Source: Eledone cirrhosa (taxonomy: Eukaryota). From it: DNA of 64,000 nucleotides. The stretch's first letter is position 1, and every line of letters begins with the position of its first letter. Under the pieces are notes generated by a model. It worked only from the letters and a program-made list of their open reading frames with translations. It ran no database searches and had not been told where the DNA came from. Of this stretch, positions 37,718 to 50,749 are shown piece after piece. The stretch covers positions 25,172,001-25,236,000 of the forward strand of contig OZ024746.1 of the NCBI GenBank assembly GCA_964016885.1, in the 5' to 3' direction. The position numbers and the translations under genes are program-made.

Positions 37718-38894
37718 TTGACCACAACCTGAAAGAACTGACCAGAAACAACCCCATAAAATCCAGATGGCTGTGTAGATACAGATTTAAAAAATATTAT
37801 AGTAATACAGTTGTGTGAAACCAATTTAAAATAGGTACCCCCATATCCCAGTGTGTTGTAAGAGTAGACAATAAAGTTTGGTGCCAGGAAGGATATCTTG
37901 CTGTATACCTTTGTTTCAGAAAGACCCACATGATAAGCATAAAACCTGTCATGTGTCTCATATTGCTAACCCCTGATTTGGATGTTTATTTCTGATTTTC
38001 ATGATTTTTGACCCCTTTAAATCTCTCTGATTTCCCATCATATACATCTACTGATATCTTAGAATCTGGAGGAGTGCTCATACCAAAACCTATATTTTTC
38101 TGAGAGCTTTCAGAAAATAGTAAGGTTTAGTAAGAACACACCTCCCGATTTTATGTTATTTGAACTGATAAGTTAAATTTTGAGCTGAAAAATTGATGAA
38201 AATATGCTATTTTTCAGGTCAAAAACCAATTTCAAATGGCCAATTTCCAAATTTAACTAATACTTTATAGTAAAATAAATTTTTTTTCTTGAAATTTTAT
38301 CATTCCAAAAAATATGGCAAACTGTAGACTCTCCAGAGGTTGCTTTGAGTATTTTAAATTATATGCTTTATGACACTGAGTTTTTTTAAAAACACTAACA
38401 GTACAGTTGTAACACAATATATTACCTTTGATGTTTAGGTCATATTTATGGTCACATAATTTTTTTATTGAATTGAGATATCATCCTACTTTTTTTTTAT
38501 TTGATCAGAAATTCTTTCTGGTTTCACCTTCAATTAAACATTCAAAGGTTGAACTTACATTTTTTCTGAATGGGGATCCTATAGCCCACTGTGCTATGTA
38601 GATAATATTTTCCACCTTACCCTACAAATGTTACTTGAAAGTGTTAGGTGTGCACCTATACCTTGAACAGAGACTAAATAATTTAATTTCTTTCACTCAG
38701 ACATGAATCATCTCAACAACAAAAACAAACATTACATATCTTTAGAGGTGTATATGAAAGCACAACTTTATTTATAAACAATCATGGATCCTTTGTCACT
38801 TTCAACAAAGAACATATAGTTGTTCAATCAACTGAAAATTCAATTCAAGAATAAGTGGTTGAGTATTCCACAAACATGTATACCTTTCACGTAA

Positions 38895-39783
38895 TCTATA
38901 TATATTAAACTGAGGAATCCCTAAAACTCGAGAAGCTCCCAACCGACTGTTTTCAAACTTTACACATGTAATACTTATGTTTCAGGGAGTGTTCTGAGCA
39001 AAAAAAATTTCAAATTTTCAATGCCCTAGGGACCACATTAGGCGATTTAGCGATCTCTCTATAATTCTTAGTCTTTCTCTTCTTAGATAGATACATACAT
39101 ATAACGTCGCGCCCTTATAATATCTGTCTGGCTGTCTGCATTACGTCACTTCTCTGAGGATGTATGAGTGTGTGTGTGTCTGTGAGTTTGAATCCCTAAA
39201 ACTCGAGAAGTACCCAACCGACTTTTTTCAAACTTTACATGTGTATTACTTATGTTTCAGGGAGTGTTATGCACATTAAAAAATTCGACTTTTTGATCCC
39301 CTATGCCCACATTAGGTGAAAAACTGCATTTTTTTTCAGCTTTTTAGGGGTTTTTTTGATGCGTTAGGTCAGACTGATTTCCTTGAAATTGTAACTATGT
39401 ATTAGTCAGTCTCTTCTTCATACCGTGAGCAAAGAAAATCCAACTTTTTTATGGCCTAGGGCCCACATTAGGTGAAAAACTTCATTTTTTCAGCATTTTA
39501 GGGGTTTTTTGAGGCATTATGTCTAGACGATTTTCCCGAAATTTCAAGGCATATTATGCACAAAACAAAATTCATTTTGTTGATCCCCTAGGGCCCGCAT
39601 TAATTGAAAACCTGAATTTTTCCTGCTTCATCAAGGAAAATCTTAAGGATTATCCAGCCATTAGAGTATTCGGTTTATTTTCTTTACATATTGTCCAGGC
39701 ATGCAGTTTTTCCACGATTAGGTCTGTTGGCGGCCCGCGTTCCAAAATACCTTACCGCGTGCAACGCCGGGTACCACTGCTAG
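38895..39783 (+). mobile_element. Non-autonomous Helitron in B9D2 intron 1
   Basis: 5' TCTATATATAT end; 3' GC-rich hairpin (TACCGCGTGCAACGCCGGGTA) followed by CTAG; inserted between A and T; internal duplications (GAATCCCTAAAACTCGAGAAG x2, CCCACATTAGG several times). Confidence 0.82.
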
Positions 39784-40554
39784 TACTCAATAAAACCAGT
39801 GACACAATGTGACAATGACGGACCTTTGAATTACAGGTACAGTCCATTTGACAGGCTTCTACAGTTTCCATCTACCCAATTTCACTCACAAGGCTTTGGC
39901 TCACTCAAAGCTATGGTAATGACACTTTCCTAAGATGTCACAGTGTGATTGAAACCAGGACCTCGTGAATGCAAGTGAACTTCTTAACAACTCAGCCATG
40001 CCTGTGTCTACTCATGTCTCCACAGCTCAAACTATTACAAATGTTGGGTAGTATTAATCTCTAAGCTCTCATAGAAACCTAAAATTTATGAAAAATAAGT
40101 TTCCTGTGTCATAAATTAACTACAACTTGACCAACTGTTAACCATTACATCTACATAGTACACTAATGCCCCCCCCTCTCACACCACCGCCATCACCAGT
40201 ACACTAATGTCTTTCTCACATATCTAACATGTTTTCCACCCACATTTCACTAAAGTCTTACCCAGACATCTAACATTCATTATACCCCCATAAATATACA
40301 CCTGAGAAACCACCATTGTTCTAGGTAAATTAAATCAGGACAAAACACCACTGGTCACAGCTGAAACATCTTCGATTATAGAGCAGGTATCAGGTTTGAT
40401 CCAGAGTTATATAACAACAGCTGGCCTAGTCGAGCTGTTCTCGCTTTGTCTCAAATATTATGACCTCTACTCCTTTGATCAAGTCAACTTTATACATGTG
40501 ACCTGGGCCTATTACCAGCTTTAAGTGACCAACAGTTCACATCTGGTATAGGCC

Positions 40555-40880
40555 TATAAGATATAATAAACAAGTGGGCCATTGAGGTGTTCTCTGTAAA
40601 CCTCAGACCTTTTCAAATATTTATATGTAAGATATGATGTGTGGGCCATTGAGGTGTTCCTTGTGAGCCTCAGACATTTTCAAATATGTAAGATATGATA
40701 TAATATAAATGTTGGTCATTGAGGTGTTCTCTGTGAGCCTGAGGTCTTTTAAAATATTTGTATGTAAGATATGATATAATATAATATACATGTGGGCCAT
40801 TGAGGTGTTTTCTGTGGGCCTGAAACTTTTTCAAATGTTTATATGTAAGGTATGACATAATACACATAGTGGGTCATTAC
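40555..40880. repeat. ~70-80-bp tandem repeat (GTGGGCCATTGAGGTGTT...TTTTCAAATAT...GTAAGATATGAT), about 4 units
   Basis: Direct periodicity. Confidence 0.8.
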
Positions 40881-41166
40881 AAAACTAAATTGTTGGTCCC
40901 TGCTCTATACGATAATTCTACTGCTAGAAATATCAGCCAAATCTCCTTAACCTCACACCCTACCGTCTTTAAAATGTGAAAGACACGTTGGTTAATGCGG
41001 TTCTAGATATACAACTGTCGAGATGGTCAAGACTTGAACGACTTTGATCACAGACCTGCTTGATCAAGCCTAACTTGTTGCTGAACAAGTGTTATATATT
41101 CCACAAATAGTTGAGATAATTTGGGGAGACAAAATACTTGGATATATTATTTATCACAAGACTTAC

Positions 41167-41270
41167 CTATAATGAAGACAACATCGAATGGTGTGCTGAT
41201 CAAAAATCGCTAAATAACAAATAGAAACTAATCAATCAACTGAAATCCATTTTAGGCTGTTGTCAATTAT
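41167..41270 (-). other. B9D2: Probable non-coding first exon of B9D2
   Basis: Perfect AG|GTAAGT donor on the - strand at 41167/41166, just downstream of the X-box. The TSS position is not known. Confidence 0.55.
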
Positions 41271-41277
41271 GGCGGCA

Positions 41278-41291
41278 GTATCCATAGTAAC
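41278..41291. promoter_or_regulatory. RFX X-box (GTATCCATAGTAAC) with an adjacent YY1-like ATGGCGGC
   Basis: Matches the GTNNCCATRGNAAC consensus and lies upstream of a ciliary transition-zone gene. Confidence 0.75.
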
Positions 41292-41794
41292 AACCTTAGT
41301 TTCGTATTAAAAATATCTTTTAGTTTAGTAAATTTTGTTTTTATAGAAAATGAAATAAAACGTTTTAAAAATCTATTGGATATGGAATATATTCATTACA
41401 GTAATTTTACAAATATTTTCAAACTATCTCGAATCGACTTTATATATATATAAAGATCCCGTATAGCGTGAAATCAGAAATTATTTGCTTAAACTTTAAT
41501 CTGTACTAATAATTGTTTCTACTTTTGGCACAAGGCCAGTAATTATCTCAGTACATTACTGGTACTTTATTTTATCGACCCCCGTAAGTATGAAAGGCAA
41601 AGTTAACCTCGGTGGGATTTGAACTCAGATCCTAAAGGGACGTAACTCTATGCTGCAAAGCATGGCATCCGACCCTCAATAATAAATATTTGCTCTACGG
41701 GTTTATATATATATATAACGAAGGAAATGTGGTAAGGAACCAGGTGGACCATAACGCACCAAAGTACTCAATACTTAGGGTAGTAGAGTGGGTA

Positions 41795-42000
<206 letters not shown>

Positions 42001-42026
42001 GGAGTAGCGAAACAATTGTAAACGGG

Positions 42027-42058
<32 letters not shown>

Positions 42059-42149
42059 TCTACATTCCTTACATCAAACTAAATATGTTGACAATCTTTT
42101 AATAATGTCTTCCTTGTGAAATTTGTGGTCTTGTTTTGCTTAACTAATG

Positions 42150-42760
42150 AATATATATATATTGTTATACTTTGGGAGGGTCATGTTGCCAATAAGAAAC
42201 ACACGCACCAGTTACTTTCACTTCAATTTATTATAATAAATTTATAAATTTCTGGTTGGTTGGTTCGTTCCACAACCAGATAGTTATTTATATATAGTCA
42301 TAGTTCTTTCGTCACACACTCTGTGACCTCTTCAGTGACTGGGGATTCCTTTCTTTGTTTCTGTGCCTCTCCTTTGTTCTGTCCTACGCCATTTTGTTTC
42401 TGTGAGTGTGTTGTGTGCTCAGTCTGCGCATGCGCCACATCCGGGTGTCTGTGTGTGTTTATGTTCATTTATTTATTTGCTTATTTACATGTTACTGGTT
42501 GGTTGTTTGTTCTATGTGTGTGTGTGTTTTCATTTTGTCCTTAATTGTAAGTTGTGATGTTGCTGTTCCACTCATATTTTCTATTTAATTTTGGTTGTAA
42601 TTCTTTTATGTTTATTGCCTCTGTAATTTGTCTAAACATTGCGTCTTTTCTGTGTGTAGATTTTATTTTTATTTCTATGTTCTCTAATTTACCCCTGGGT
42701 TATGGAAACAGCCTGTTTCAAGATTTGTTAATCTTTCATTAGTGACATTCACTTAACTGA
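42150..42760 (-). mobile_element. Penelope-like pseudo-LTR / non-autonomous ribozyme-bearing element
   Basis: One intact and one degenerate hammerhead, AATAAA downstream of the ribozyme, a GGTGCGT donor-like motif also seen at ~41755, and (TA)n at the 3' flank. Confidence 0.55.
42296..42340 (-). ncRNA. Type I hammerhead ribozyme motif (Penelope/retrozyme type)
   Basis: Minus strand reads AGTCA-CTGAAGA-G-GTCACA gagtg TGTGAC-GAAA-G aa C-TA^TGACT: full core, 5-bp stem I, 6-bp stem II, short stem III, CUA cleavage triplet. Confidence 0.8.
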
Positions 42761-43004
42761 TATTGACATATTGAACTAGAAGAGAGTCTAGATAGATTTT
42801 GCATGGTGAGCATTTGCAGAAAATACTCATTTGTATATAGCAAGTATCCCTATCATTGAAGGTGTGTTTATATCTCAATGTCTGACAATATGTTGTACCA
42901 ATCATAGTTGTGACGTGTCAGTGGAATTTGGAAATGGGGTTACAATTGTAGTAGTTATAGTGGTGCATATTCTAATTACATTTCATAATTGCCATAATTT
43001 CTTT

Positions 43005-43015
43005 CGTCACTTCCG
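43005..43015. promoter_or_regulatory. Composite CRE-half/ETS site (CGTCACTTCCG), probable proximal promoter of GGACT copy 1
   Basis: Motif match about 135 bp upstream of the ATG; a TGACGT motif is also present near 42911. Confidence 0.45.
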
Positions 43016-43148
43016 TTATTGCAATACGCATCTTGGGCTACCTAAACTTAAATTTCAATCCTAACAAAATTTCAGAAGAGAAAGCTTATTTTTATCTATA
43101 ACTATCGTTCTACTTTGTTTTCTAATATTTATTGTATGTTTACTCCTT

Positions 43149-43343
43149 ATGGCTGTTCAACTACAACGTGTCTTTGTCTACGGAACTCTCAAATGTGGTC
43201 AACCCAATCATTACATTTTGGAAAATGCCTCTACCGGTTTGGCAAAATTTATAAACAATGCCATCACAGCTAAACGTTATCCACTGGTTATAGCATCTCA
43301 TTTTAACATTCCTTTTATCTTACCATATGAAGGGAAAGGGCAT
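43149..43343 (+). CDS. GGACT: Gamma-glutamylamine cyclotransferase (AIG2-like), copy 1, exon 1
   Basis: VFVYGTLKxGQPNH and YPLVIA..NIP motifs; 65 codons followed by a GTAAGT donor. Confidence 0.9.
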
Positions 43344-44012
43344 GTAAGTATGATTATCAATGTTGTATATTATTTTACTGTAGTTTTTTTTTTTAAATCA
43401 TCATCGCCAACTGCAACATTATGTTGTCTTACAGGTTGAATAGTTCCACTTGTGTACACACACAGATGGTGATGGAGACGTGTGAAAATAGTCACTGGCC
43501 AACTCTGCCGTTATAGAAGTAAAGAGACGGTCTGGAGTCCCAGAACTCCAAAAATCTCTAGCGGTACATGTTCAACGATGAACTTATCGGAAAGTGGCTG
43601 ATACTTCAACAGCTTATCAGGCAGCGAAGCCTGGGTCTGTTACTAAATGCACCAAGTTGCTGCCATAGAAAGGGTTGTTACATATTACAGCCAATATGAG
43701 GGGATTACCAATGTAAAAACGGGAATATTGCGATGCCATAATATTTTCTTTTTTAATTACCAATATTACATATACATGGTTTTTAAAATGTATTTGTGTT
43801 TATATTTTCATTCTGTATTGTTTATATTTTCATTAAGTATTGTTTATATTAAAATATAATTGCCAAACGTTTTAATGTGAGGGAAAAAAATAACGAACGT
43901 GTGTTTGTATATATATATATATATCAGGGGGGGGGGGGAGCATGCTCCCCTCCCCACAAATAATTATATTTTTTTCCCCAATCTATCAAAACCATACATC
44001 TATTTATATATG

Positions 44013-44494
44013 TGTAGCGACATGGTTAGTCAGTCTAGTCACTACTTCTGATCAGATCCGGGAATAGCCCTTAGAAGGACTGTTATCGCATACGGTCTGA
44101 TCAGATCTGAAGATAGCCCTTAAAAGAACTGTTGAGGATGGACGGGCGAAAGCACAAGTTGAAAGGACGAAGTAAGGCGAGATGTAAATTTGATCAGCTA
44201 TTTATTTTCACATGAAGCGACGATACAAGGTACAAGGCGTGTGTGAGTGACAAAGCGTGGCAGAGGCGAGGAACAACGATACGCGGGATGACTCTGCCAA
44301 ATGTCGACTGCTGAAGTGTTTGGAACCACTCTTTTTATACAGAAATAATCGTTTGATGTTTAGCCGCTGTGTAGGCGTTTATTCTGGTAGCTTTTAAGGG
44401 TTCTTTTGTTTCATGTTGAGGTAGCTAGCTAACAGGTAGATGGTGCTGTATATTTCACAGATGTTATTTCCGGTGGCTGTACATATGCACTACA
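44013..44494 (-). mobile_element. Probable solo LTR in the GGACT copy 1 intron
   Basis: TGTAG...CTACA inverted termini; TATAAAAA (~44335) then AATAAA (~44203) on the - strand; CpG-richer than its flanks. No clean TSD seen. Confidence 0.55.
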
Positions 44495-44761
44495 ATTTAT
44501 GTACAAGGTGATCTGAAAGTCTTGTCAGCCCCTATCAAAAAGTAATGAGAAACAGTTTATGTTCCCATCGTAGTATCGTCCTCTTCGGAGGAGCTGGTTT
44601 GCTGAATCTTGCAGTGAAGACATGTTGCACATCCTCCATGCTCTTGCCAGAATGCACACGATACACTTGCAAGCAGCCTCTCTTTCAAACTGTAGGAGCT
44701 CTGAAATAAAAATTTATATTATTATTATTATATATTATAATTAATGATATTATATATTATA

Positions 44762-44915
44762 CTAGCAGAATGGCCCAGTGTTGCTCGGGATTTGCTCTAG
44801 GGTTCTTATATATTTGATATAATAATCAAAAATTTCCGTTGAACCTTGTGTTGTGCGGCCGATTGTAGCACTTGGTGGGGAATTGATGGTTGTTTTTGTG
44901 AAGTTGCTCACAAAT
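44762..44915 (-). mobile_element. Helitron 3' end fragment
   Basis: Minus strand CCCGAGCAACACTGGG hairpin followed by CTAG|T. Confidence 0.6.
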
Positions 44916-46741
44916 ATAATTGTTTCTACTTTTGGCACAAGGCCAGCAATTACCTAGTGCATTACTGGTACTTTATTTTACCGACCCTGTATGGATGAAA
45001 GGTAAAGTTAACCTCGGCAGGATTTGAACTCAGAATGGCAAGGGCCGTAACTCCATGCATCAAAGCATGGCGTCCGACCCTCTACTGCCACAAGTATAAT
45101 GCACAAAAATATGTGATCAAAGTGAGGGGAAAATAAAATAAAATAAAAACCCATCAATTCACCACGTGAACAATGACTGGATGAACTAAAAATTATACTC
45201 ACCCAAAGAACATTCCTACTGGGCGTAGTCACCAACAGAATAGAAATGGCTAAACTTATGGACATCCTAGAGTTTAGGACAACAATAATCAAAACCAGGG
45301 TAAATGTTTTACCATATGTATCAATGTTTTATCATATGTATCAACCCCAAAAGTATCGAAATGTCACCTTCACAAAAACCTCCGTATTTTATATGTAGAT
45401 GAAAAAATGAAAAACAATTCTAGAAACACACAAAATCATCAAGAGTAAAAGACAGCCCAACACACTAAAACATATCCATACTGGGGTAAAAACCCACAAA
45501 CAAATCTCCAACCCCACTATTACAAAATATGGAAGAATAAATTGTAGTACCAGCTTATACCTAATTGAAGGACTAGAATTCAAATTTAAGGATGGAAAAA
45601 TCTTCAGAGTAAAAGAAAATAAATGTATTGTCAGAGTAAAAAAAAAAATAAATGTATTCATCATCATCATGTCAATTAATTTGTGACACAAATTATTTGT
45701 TTAATTACTTGAACTATTACTTAGGAGTGGTTACAACAGCACCCAGGTCAGGTCAGGTCAGGTTTCTGCTTGCTACTGTTACCCTGTAACCCAGTACAAC
45801 CTGCTTCATAGTCAAATGATTAATGACTAAACTGGCTCCCCCACCAGACCCTGGTCTGGTGAGGTGGGTAAATGGAACCCCAGCAGCACAAAAAAAAATA
45901 CAAGAGCTGTTAAAAAGGTGGATGAACTCCTCAGAGTTATCGGCCATCCACCCCAACTATGGGTTAAATAGCCTCACCAACCCACAATTGACCAAACTTG
46001 GTAAGTATAGTTACAACACTGAAAATATGACCAAAGCCAAACAGAAAGTGGTGGAGGTCAACCAGGAAGGGGTCCCTCCAACAGGGGTGAGAAGGCTCTG
46101 GATTGGATTGAACAGCAGCACCCAGATTGTTGTTACTGAATGGATAATGAATGTATAATGTAAACATAGTGAAAGAATAAATGGTGTAGAGTGCACTAAA
46201 ATAACCTGAACATTCCCTGGTAGTATCGATACTATTTGACACCCTTGGAGGTAAGGATATTGTCAGGAAGTGCTGAAATCATTGAGATCTTCAGTCAACA
46301 ACTAACGAAGGGCATGTCTCACAGTGCAAACTGAATTCTTTTAATGGTTTTAATGGTGCCATGGTAAAATGTACCTAGTACACCCTTTGGAGTAGTTGAT
46401 GTTAGGAAGGGCATTCAATCATAGAAAACATGCCAGGTATGGAACATATGAGCAAGATGAGGTCACTCCAACCCATCTGGTCTTGGACTATGACAACCTG
46501 TCCAACCCATGTCAGTGTTGAAAGTGGATGTAGAATGATGATGGGGGGGGGGGGGGTGATGGTGGTGGTGATTTTAATCATGATAAGTATAAAACCTTTC
46601 ATGGGACCGACAATGAAAGCTTTTAGCTGGGAAAGATGGCCTTAAAATACTTGCTGTATCATTATTAACATTGATGTTTTAAGAACTGTTTTTCCAGAGT
46701 GGATTAATAAGTTGGTTTTTTTTTTGTTTTCTCTTTTGTAG

Positions 46742-47032
46742 TTTATTTCTGGTGAAGTTTATGATGTGGACACAAATATGCTTGAACAATTAGATAAAGA
46801 GGAAGATCATCCTATTATCTACAAACGTGAAAAGATACCTGTTATTTTTGACAATAATACTTCTATGTCTTGGTGCTATATTCTTCAGAAGCCTAAGCCT
46901 AAACTTCTAGAACTAGAATTTCTTGAAAAATATGACAATAATAAATATGCTGAAGAGAAAAAATATGTTCAAAGTACTAACAAGTTCGAAGATGATAGAA
47001 TGTATCACCTTGAAGTAATGGAGATGAATTAA
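46742..47032 (+). CDS. GGACT: GGACT copy 1, exon 2 (FISGEVYDVDTNMLEQLDKEEDHPIIYKR...)
   Basis: TTTGTAG acceptor, phase 0; GEVY.VD..ML..LD..E.HP..Y.R motif containing the catalytic Glu; TAA stop. Confidence 0.9.
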   Translation, partial: FISGEVYDVDTNMLEQLDKEEDHPIIYKREKIPVIFDNNTSMSWCYILQKPKPKLLELEFLEKYDNNKYAEEKKYVQSTNKFEDDRMYHLEVMEMN

Positions 47033-47761
47033 GTGTTAACACTAATAAAGAAAGTTAACATGAAAAAATGTTAATACAAGAAAATAACACAATACCGTAA
47101 TGTAGAGTTGGAAAAAAGTCTTAATGTATAAGATGATAGTCCTTCATCAAAAGGTAGAAACAGTGAAAAGATGGGATGTTTGGGAAAGAAAAGAAAATTG
47201 GAAGACAGGTGAGAACAAAGAGGGTGGGGTACGGAGGAAAAACAGTGGGGGGCAGGAGAATGTATAGTTTCTAATGAGCTATCTTTCATCATCATCATCA
47301 TCTTCGTTTAACGTCCATCTTCCACGCTACCATGGGTTAGAAATATATATGTTTATATTTGTATATCAACCATACATCTAGCTACTATATAAATGGCAAT
47401 TTCTGTCTGTCTGTGTATAACCAGTTGGTGCCTACACCACTGATCTGATCCTGAAGAAACTTTACACACAAGTTAAGCTAATATTCAGAAACAGGACTGG
47501 TTAATTGGATTTCAATAAAAATCAATAATGGAACCCCTGGGGACATCTTTACAATGGAGGAGGAAAGAGAAGACGTTTCAGTGAGAGAGGGGGAAGAGGA
47601 GATACTACTACTGTATGTTAAACCCTCCCTCCCACTACTCTCCTTCCTCCTCCCACAACTCAATCCTCCAAAACAAGGCAACAACTTATTAGAAATATAC
47701 ATAAAGAAATTTCAAACAAAGCAGACGACAATTTAATTTTGGTTATGACTGAACAGATGTC

Positions 47762-47796
<35 letters not shown>

Positions 47797-47837
47797 GATA
47801 TTAAATAAATGGAAACTATATTTATAAAACCATATTT

Positions 47838-47901
47838 ATTTCGTTATATATATTTCAGGGATATCATATTAACAATATGTTATGCCATCTTCAGACAAAA
47901 T
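47838..47901 (-). ncRNA. Hammerhead ribozyme motif at the 3' end of the Penelope-like element
   Basis: Minus strand reads ATTTTGT-CTGAAGA-[imperfect stem II with CATATT/AATATG]-GAAA-TATATA-TA^ACGAAAT, giving a 7-bp stem I and a palindromic stem III region. Confidence 0.7.
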
Positions 47902-48198
47902 ACAATATAAACAGTCTTATAAATAAATAGATACAACATACCTTTCAATCACCTTGCATTTGTGAGGTTGATTTGGCAGTAAAAAATTGTGGACAGTTGT
48001 AAAAAGAAAGAGATAAAGAGAGAAAGAAAGAGAAACGAAGAAAAAGAAGAAATGTATGTGACTAAATAGAGGGATATAGAAAGATAGATAAAGAGAAGAC
48101 CTTCATGTAAAGAAACAGAGAGAAATATATATAGAGAGAGGAAAATAAAAGAAAGAGATAGATAGAGAAATTAGGAAGTTGAGTATCGGTTGATACAT

Positions 48199-48233
<35 letters not shown>

Positions 48234-49179
48234 GCTCTAGTATTAATGTAAAGAGAGATGTATGTAGTTAAGAGAGAAAATAGCCGTTATATAGAGAGAA
48301 AAAAGAGAAAATGAAAAAGAGAAAATGAAACATAACCAGACATAAACGATGCAGAATTTAAAACCGCTATGTTTTATCCGTAGAAAATATTAGTTCGTAT
48401 AAAACAGGCATTATAGTGTAAGTACCAGTATTCATGAATGAGACATGTATCTATAATGTGTGAAAAGTAATGATCTTATGTCTAGTTTTTAAAAATTCAT
48501 ATGTTTATATCATAATTATAAACAAACTCCCAATTCACACGAAAACATTCTCATTGTGCTATAAAAATTCAAGTATACATATATGTGTGTATATATACAC
48601 ATATAAATAGAGTCTATATTAATTTTAATTTTAACAATACTATTCTTGTCTTTATTCTACATGATTGTCGATCAAGCAGAAATAGAGAACAGATTTCAAT
48701 ATATTAATAAAAATAAAAATAAAAATATCAGAGATAAGAAAATAAATAAATAAACAGAAAACTAAAACATTTAATATTAAAAATAAAAAATATTACAAAA
48801 TATTAAAAAATATTAAAAAATAATACAAATAAAACACAGAGATCAGCCTTTCAAAGTTAATTGACAATATATTGCCAAGATCATCATAAGCATCAGAGTC
48901 GAAACAGATAAAACAAAAATTGTTTACCAAATCCTGTCTAGCAGAAATCATTCCAAAAGTTTAGGATACCCATTTGGTCTACATATGTTCTTATATATAA
49001 TATAGAAGTTTATCTAGTTTAAAATTTAATTCGATATATTTGGAGCATCAGCTTTTAGGGTAGTTTAATTATTCATGAAGAATGTTTTAATAAAAAGAAT
49101 GTTTTAATAAAAAGAAGAAATCGAAAGATTTATCGGCTAGTTTCATAAATAATTACAAATCAAATCAAAACAAACATAA

Positions 49180-50747
49180 CTACATTTTAAATTTAAATTT
49201 ATATTTAAACGTTGAGTTCAATCTATGTCTGCAGCAACTGAATAAATTTGTCCGTAGATTAAGGGAATTTTTAGATTTTAGTATAAAGAATATCTCCTCC
49301 GCACAGAGGTCACATGTCTCAGAGGATGAATTAAAAGGAATCCCCCTTGAAACTATATTCCAAGTCGTCGAATATCTAACGTTATCATGCCTAAGTTGCC
49401 AGAGTACGCCTGATAGTGCTGTTGAAGATTTTTTGGATGGATCTGTGAAAGAATTCTTGTGGTTGTTATAGCGAAGTTTAAATTCCGTCGATGTAGAACC
49501 AACGTAGTTAAAAGAATTAATGTCCGTTTTAACATTACAGTTGTATATTATATTTTTAACTAAGCAGTTGTTATTTAACGGACATTTAGATCTATCTCTA
49601 CAGTTACATTTGTTAACTTGGATATTATTTATGGTATTATCGCTAGGTTTTAAGTTCCTGTTATTTATTCTATTAATATTTTGCGCTAAATTTTTGGTGG
49701 ATGAGTAGGTTAGTTTTATAGTATGTCTATTGAAAATTGAGTGATACCTATGTGTTCTAGGGAAGCGATTATCGAGAGCTTTAAAAAATAGTTTAGCAAT
49801 GTGGGTTTTAATGTTTAGTGAGAAAGGGGGGGGGGCAAACCATATTATATTCCTAGTTCTATTTCTTTTATGGCTTTTGGAATTATTGTAATGCTTTCTA
49901 TTATAGTTGTTAAGGTTGTGGCCATAATTAAAATAGTTGTTATTTTGTTTAATTTGTTTATCATTATCTATGTACATAATTTTATCACTATATCCTGCTC
50001 TAGCTAACGCTTCATTGTAATAATGGGCTTTTTCGTCGAAAATCTTTTTATTAGATGAGATTCTAGAGATACGTGATTGAACAGAGTTTACTATAGTATT
50101 TTTAACAGATTTGGGGTGGTTAGAGTTAAAGCTGACATAGTTTAAGTTTTCATTCAACTTGTGAAATGGATAGTGAAGACATGTGTTGAGATTTAATGTT
50201 ATATCTAGGAAGTTGACTATTCTATGGTTATTCTCAATTTCTATTTTTAGATTAAAGTGATTAAAAAATTGTGTAATTTGTTTTCTTTTTCTATTTAGTT
50301 CAGAGTTATTATTATCAATAAGTAAAAGCATGTCATCTCTATATAAACCTCCGGTAGTACCAGGTATTTTCCTATGCAGCGAATTGATTAAAATAAGCCC
50401 ACAAGGTCAGTTACCTGAGCTGAGTCGGATGATCCCATAGTAATGTCAAAATTGTTATCTCTATCTGCTCGGGTCCATAGTTGGTCATTAAATTCTATCA
50501 ATGTTTTCCTAGCCGATAATATAATGTGCATTTCATTGCTAGTTAGGTCTGTATGTTTGAATGCGTAATTTAGTGCCTTATTTAGTAGATTAGGGGTAAT
50601 GGAAGAATAATAGTTAGCAATATCAAGTTGAATAAACTTATTATTATTGTTATATTTAATTTGCTTAAACCACTCAACAACCTCACCAGTTCCCTTCCAC
50701 AAGCTCAGGTTAGGTAAACAACTCAAGTTTTTAATTTGCTGTATCAC
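49180..50747 (-). pseudogene. PLE reverse transcriptase + GIY-YIG endonuclease with one frameshift near 50390
   Basis: LDIANYYSSI, FDITMGS.D.A.V.DLVGL, (frameshift) GLYRDD, VNFLDITL, YV...SNHP; CxCx5C linker (CNCRDRSKC); IIY...YVGST..FKLRYNNH; C-terminal CDLC...CRH. Confidence 0.92.
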
Positions 50748-50749
50748 CC

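Noticed and set aside
44105-44165. Hammerhead-like CTGAAGA...GCCC/GGGC-GAAA in the solo LTR
   Set aside because: There are extra nucleotides after the core, the cleavage position would be G, and there is no stem I; CTGATCAGATCTG is a common repeat piece here.
45150-46300. ORFs at 45823-46158 and neighbours as a nested gene
   Set aside because: No domain is recognisable; it looks like degraded retroelement sequence within the GGACT intron, and the family could not be assigned.
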